Below, piece by piece: positions 63,813 through 64,000 of a DNA stretch of 64,000 bases. Origin of the DNA: Thermodesulfobacteriota bacterium (lineage in GTDB: Bacteria; Desulfobacterota_D; UBA1144; Nemesobacterales; JAJCZQ01). Position 1 is the stretch's first letter, and the number at the start of each line of letters is the position of its first letter. The DNA is taken from positions 1,797,561-1,861,560 of the forward strand of contig OZ244044.1 of the NCBI GenBank assembly GCA_965215275.1. The letters run 5' to 3'. The position numbers were made by a program, and so were the translations under genes. A model generated the notes under the pieces. It saw nothing but the letters and a program-made list of their open reading frames with translations, ran no database searches and was not told where the DNA came from.

Positions 63813-64000
63813 ATGGAACAATTACAACTTCCATACCTTGTTAAACTTCAGATATATGAAGGCCCTCTTGACCTTCTTATTCAGCTTATAAGGAAAAATG
63901 AAGTTGACATTTATGACATTCCAATTGCAAAGATCACGGAACAGTACCTTGAGTATCTGGAAATACTGAAAAAATATGATCTGGCAACCGTTGGAGACTA
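63813..64000 (+). CDS. scpA: segregation and condensation protein A (partial, runs off the window end)
   Basis: MEQLQLPYLVKLQIYEGPLDLLIQLIRKNEVDIYDIPIAKIT matches the ScpA N-terminus. Confidence 0.8.
   Translation, partial: MEQLQLPYLVKLQIYEGPLDLLIQLIRKNEVDIYDIPIAKITEQYLEYLEILKKYDLATVGD

Overview
This is a bacterial chromosomal segment of mostly housekeeping genes, with no rRNA, tRNA or CRISPR array detected by eye. MurJ, LolA and FtsK-LolA linkage point to a diderm organism of unknown lineage.

Minus strand, positions 1-9289: the dcw cell-wall cluster mraZ-rsmH-ftsL-ftsI-murE-murF-mraY-murD-ftsW, with ftsW truncated at the window start.

Plus strand: murJ, a TPR protein, aroQ, recJ and lgt. 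Further along are trkA, purD and the str operon rpsL-rpsG-fusA. A convergent block follows: acpS-pdxJ-glmM-cdaR-cdaA-folP-ftsH, the c-di-AMP synthase operon. After it come an LLM-type oxidoreductase, hflX, a nitroreductase-like gene, a thiolase-like gene, ftsK-lolA and a sulfite/nitrite-reductase-like gene. The window ends with folC, an HDAC-family gene, a DnaD-like/DnaC-like pair, rpe, metK-ahcY, a tyrosine recombinase, an M50 protease and a partial scpA.

Three accessory regions stand out.

1. An AT-rich island at ~15.06-18.42 kb lies between lgt and trkA. It carries an IS1595-type transposase, a small ORF, a beta-class DNA amino-methyltransferase fused to a C-terminal HNH nuclease, and a HicA-like-domain protein. 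The methyltransferase 5' end contains a G9 homopolymer, and only one extra G would restore a full-length reading frame.

2. A TnpB-only element at ~36.68-38.01 kb carries a frameshifted tnpB and is bounded by 25-bp inverted repeats.

3. A low-GC glycosyltransferase locus at ~46.1-54.4 kb contains a ~2.9-kb block, GT2 / DXD-glycosyltransferase / GT2, present twice. One internal copy has decayed to a pseudogene. The locus also holds a 60-aa remnant of the island methyltransferase N-terminus and a SAM-methyltransferase gene split by a G10 tract.
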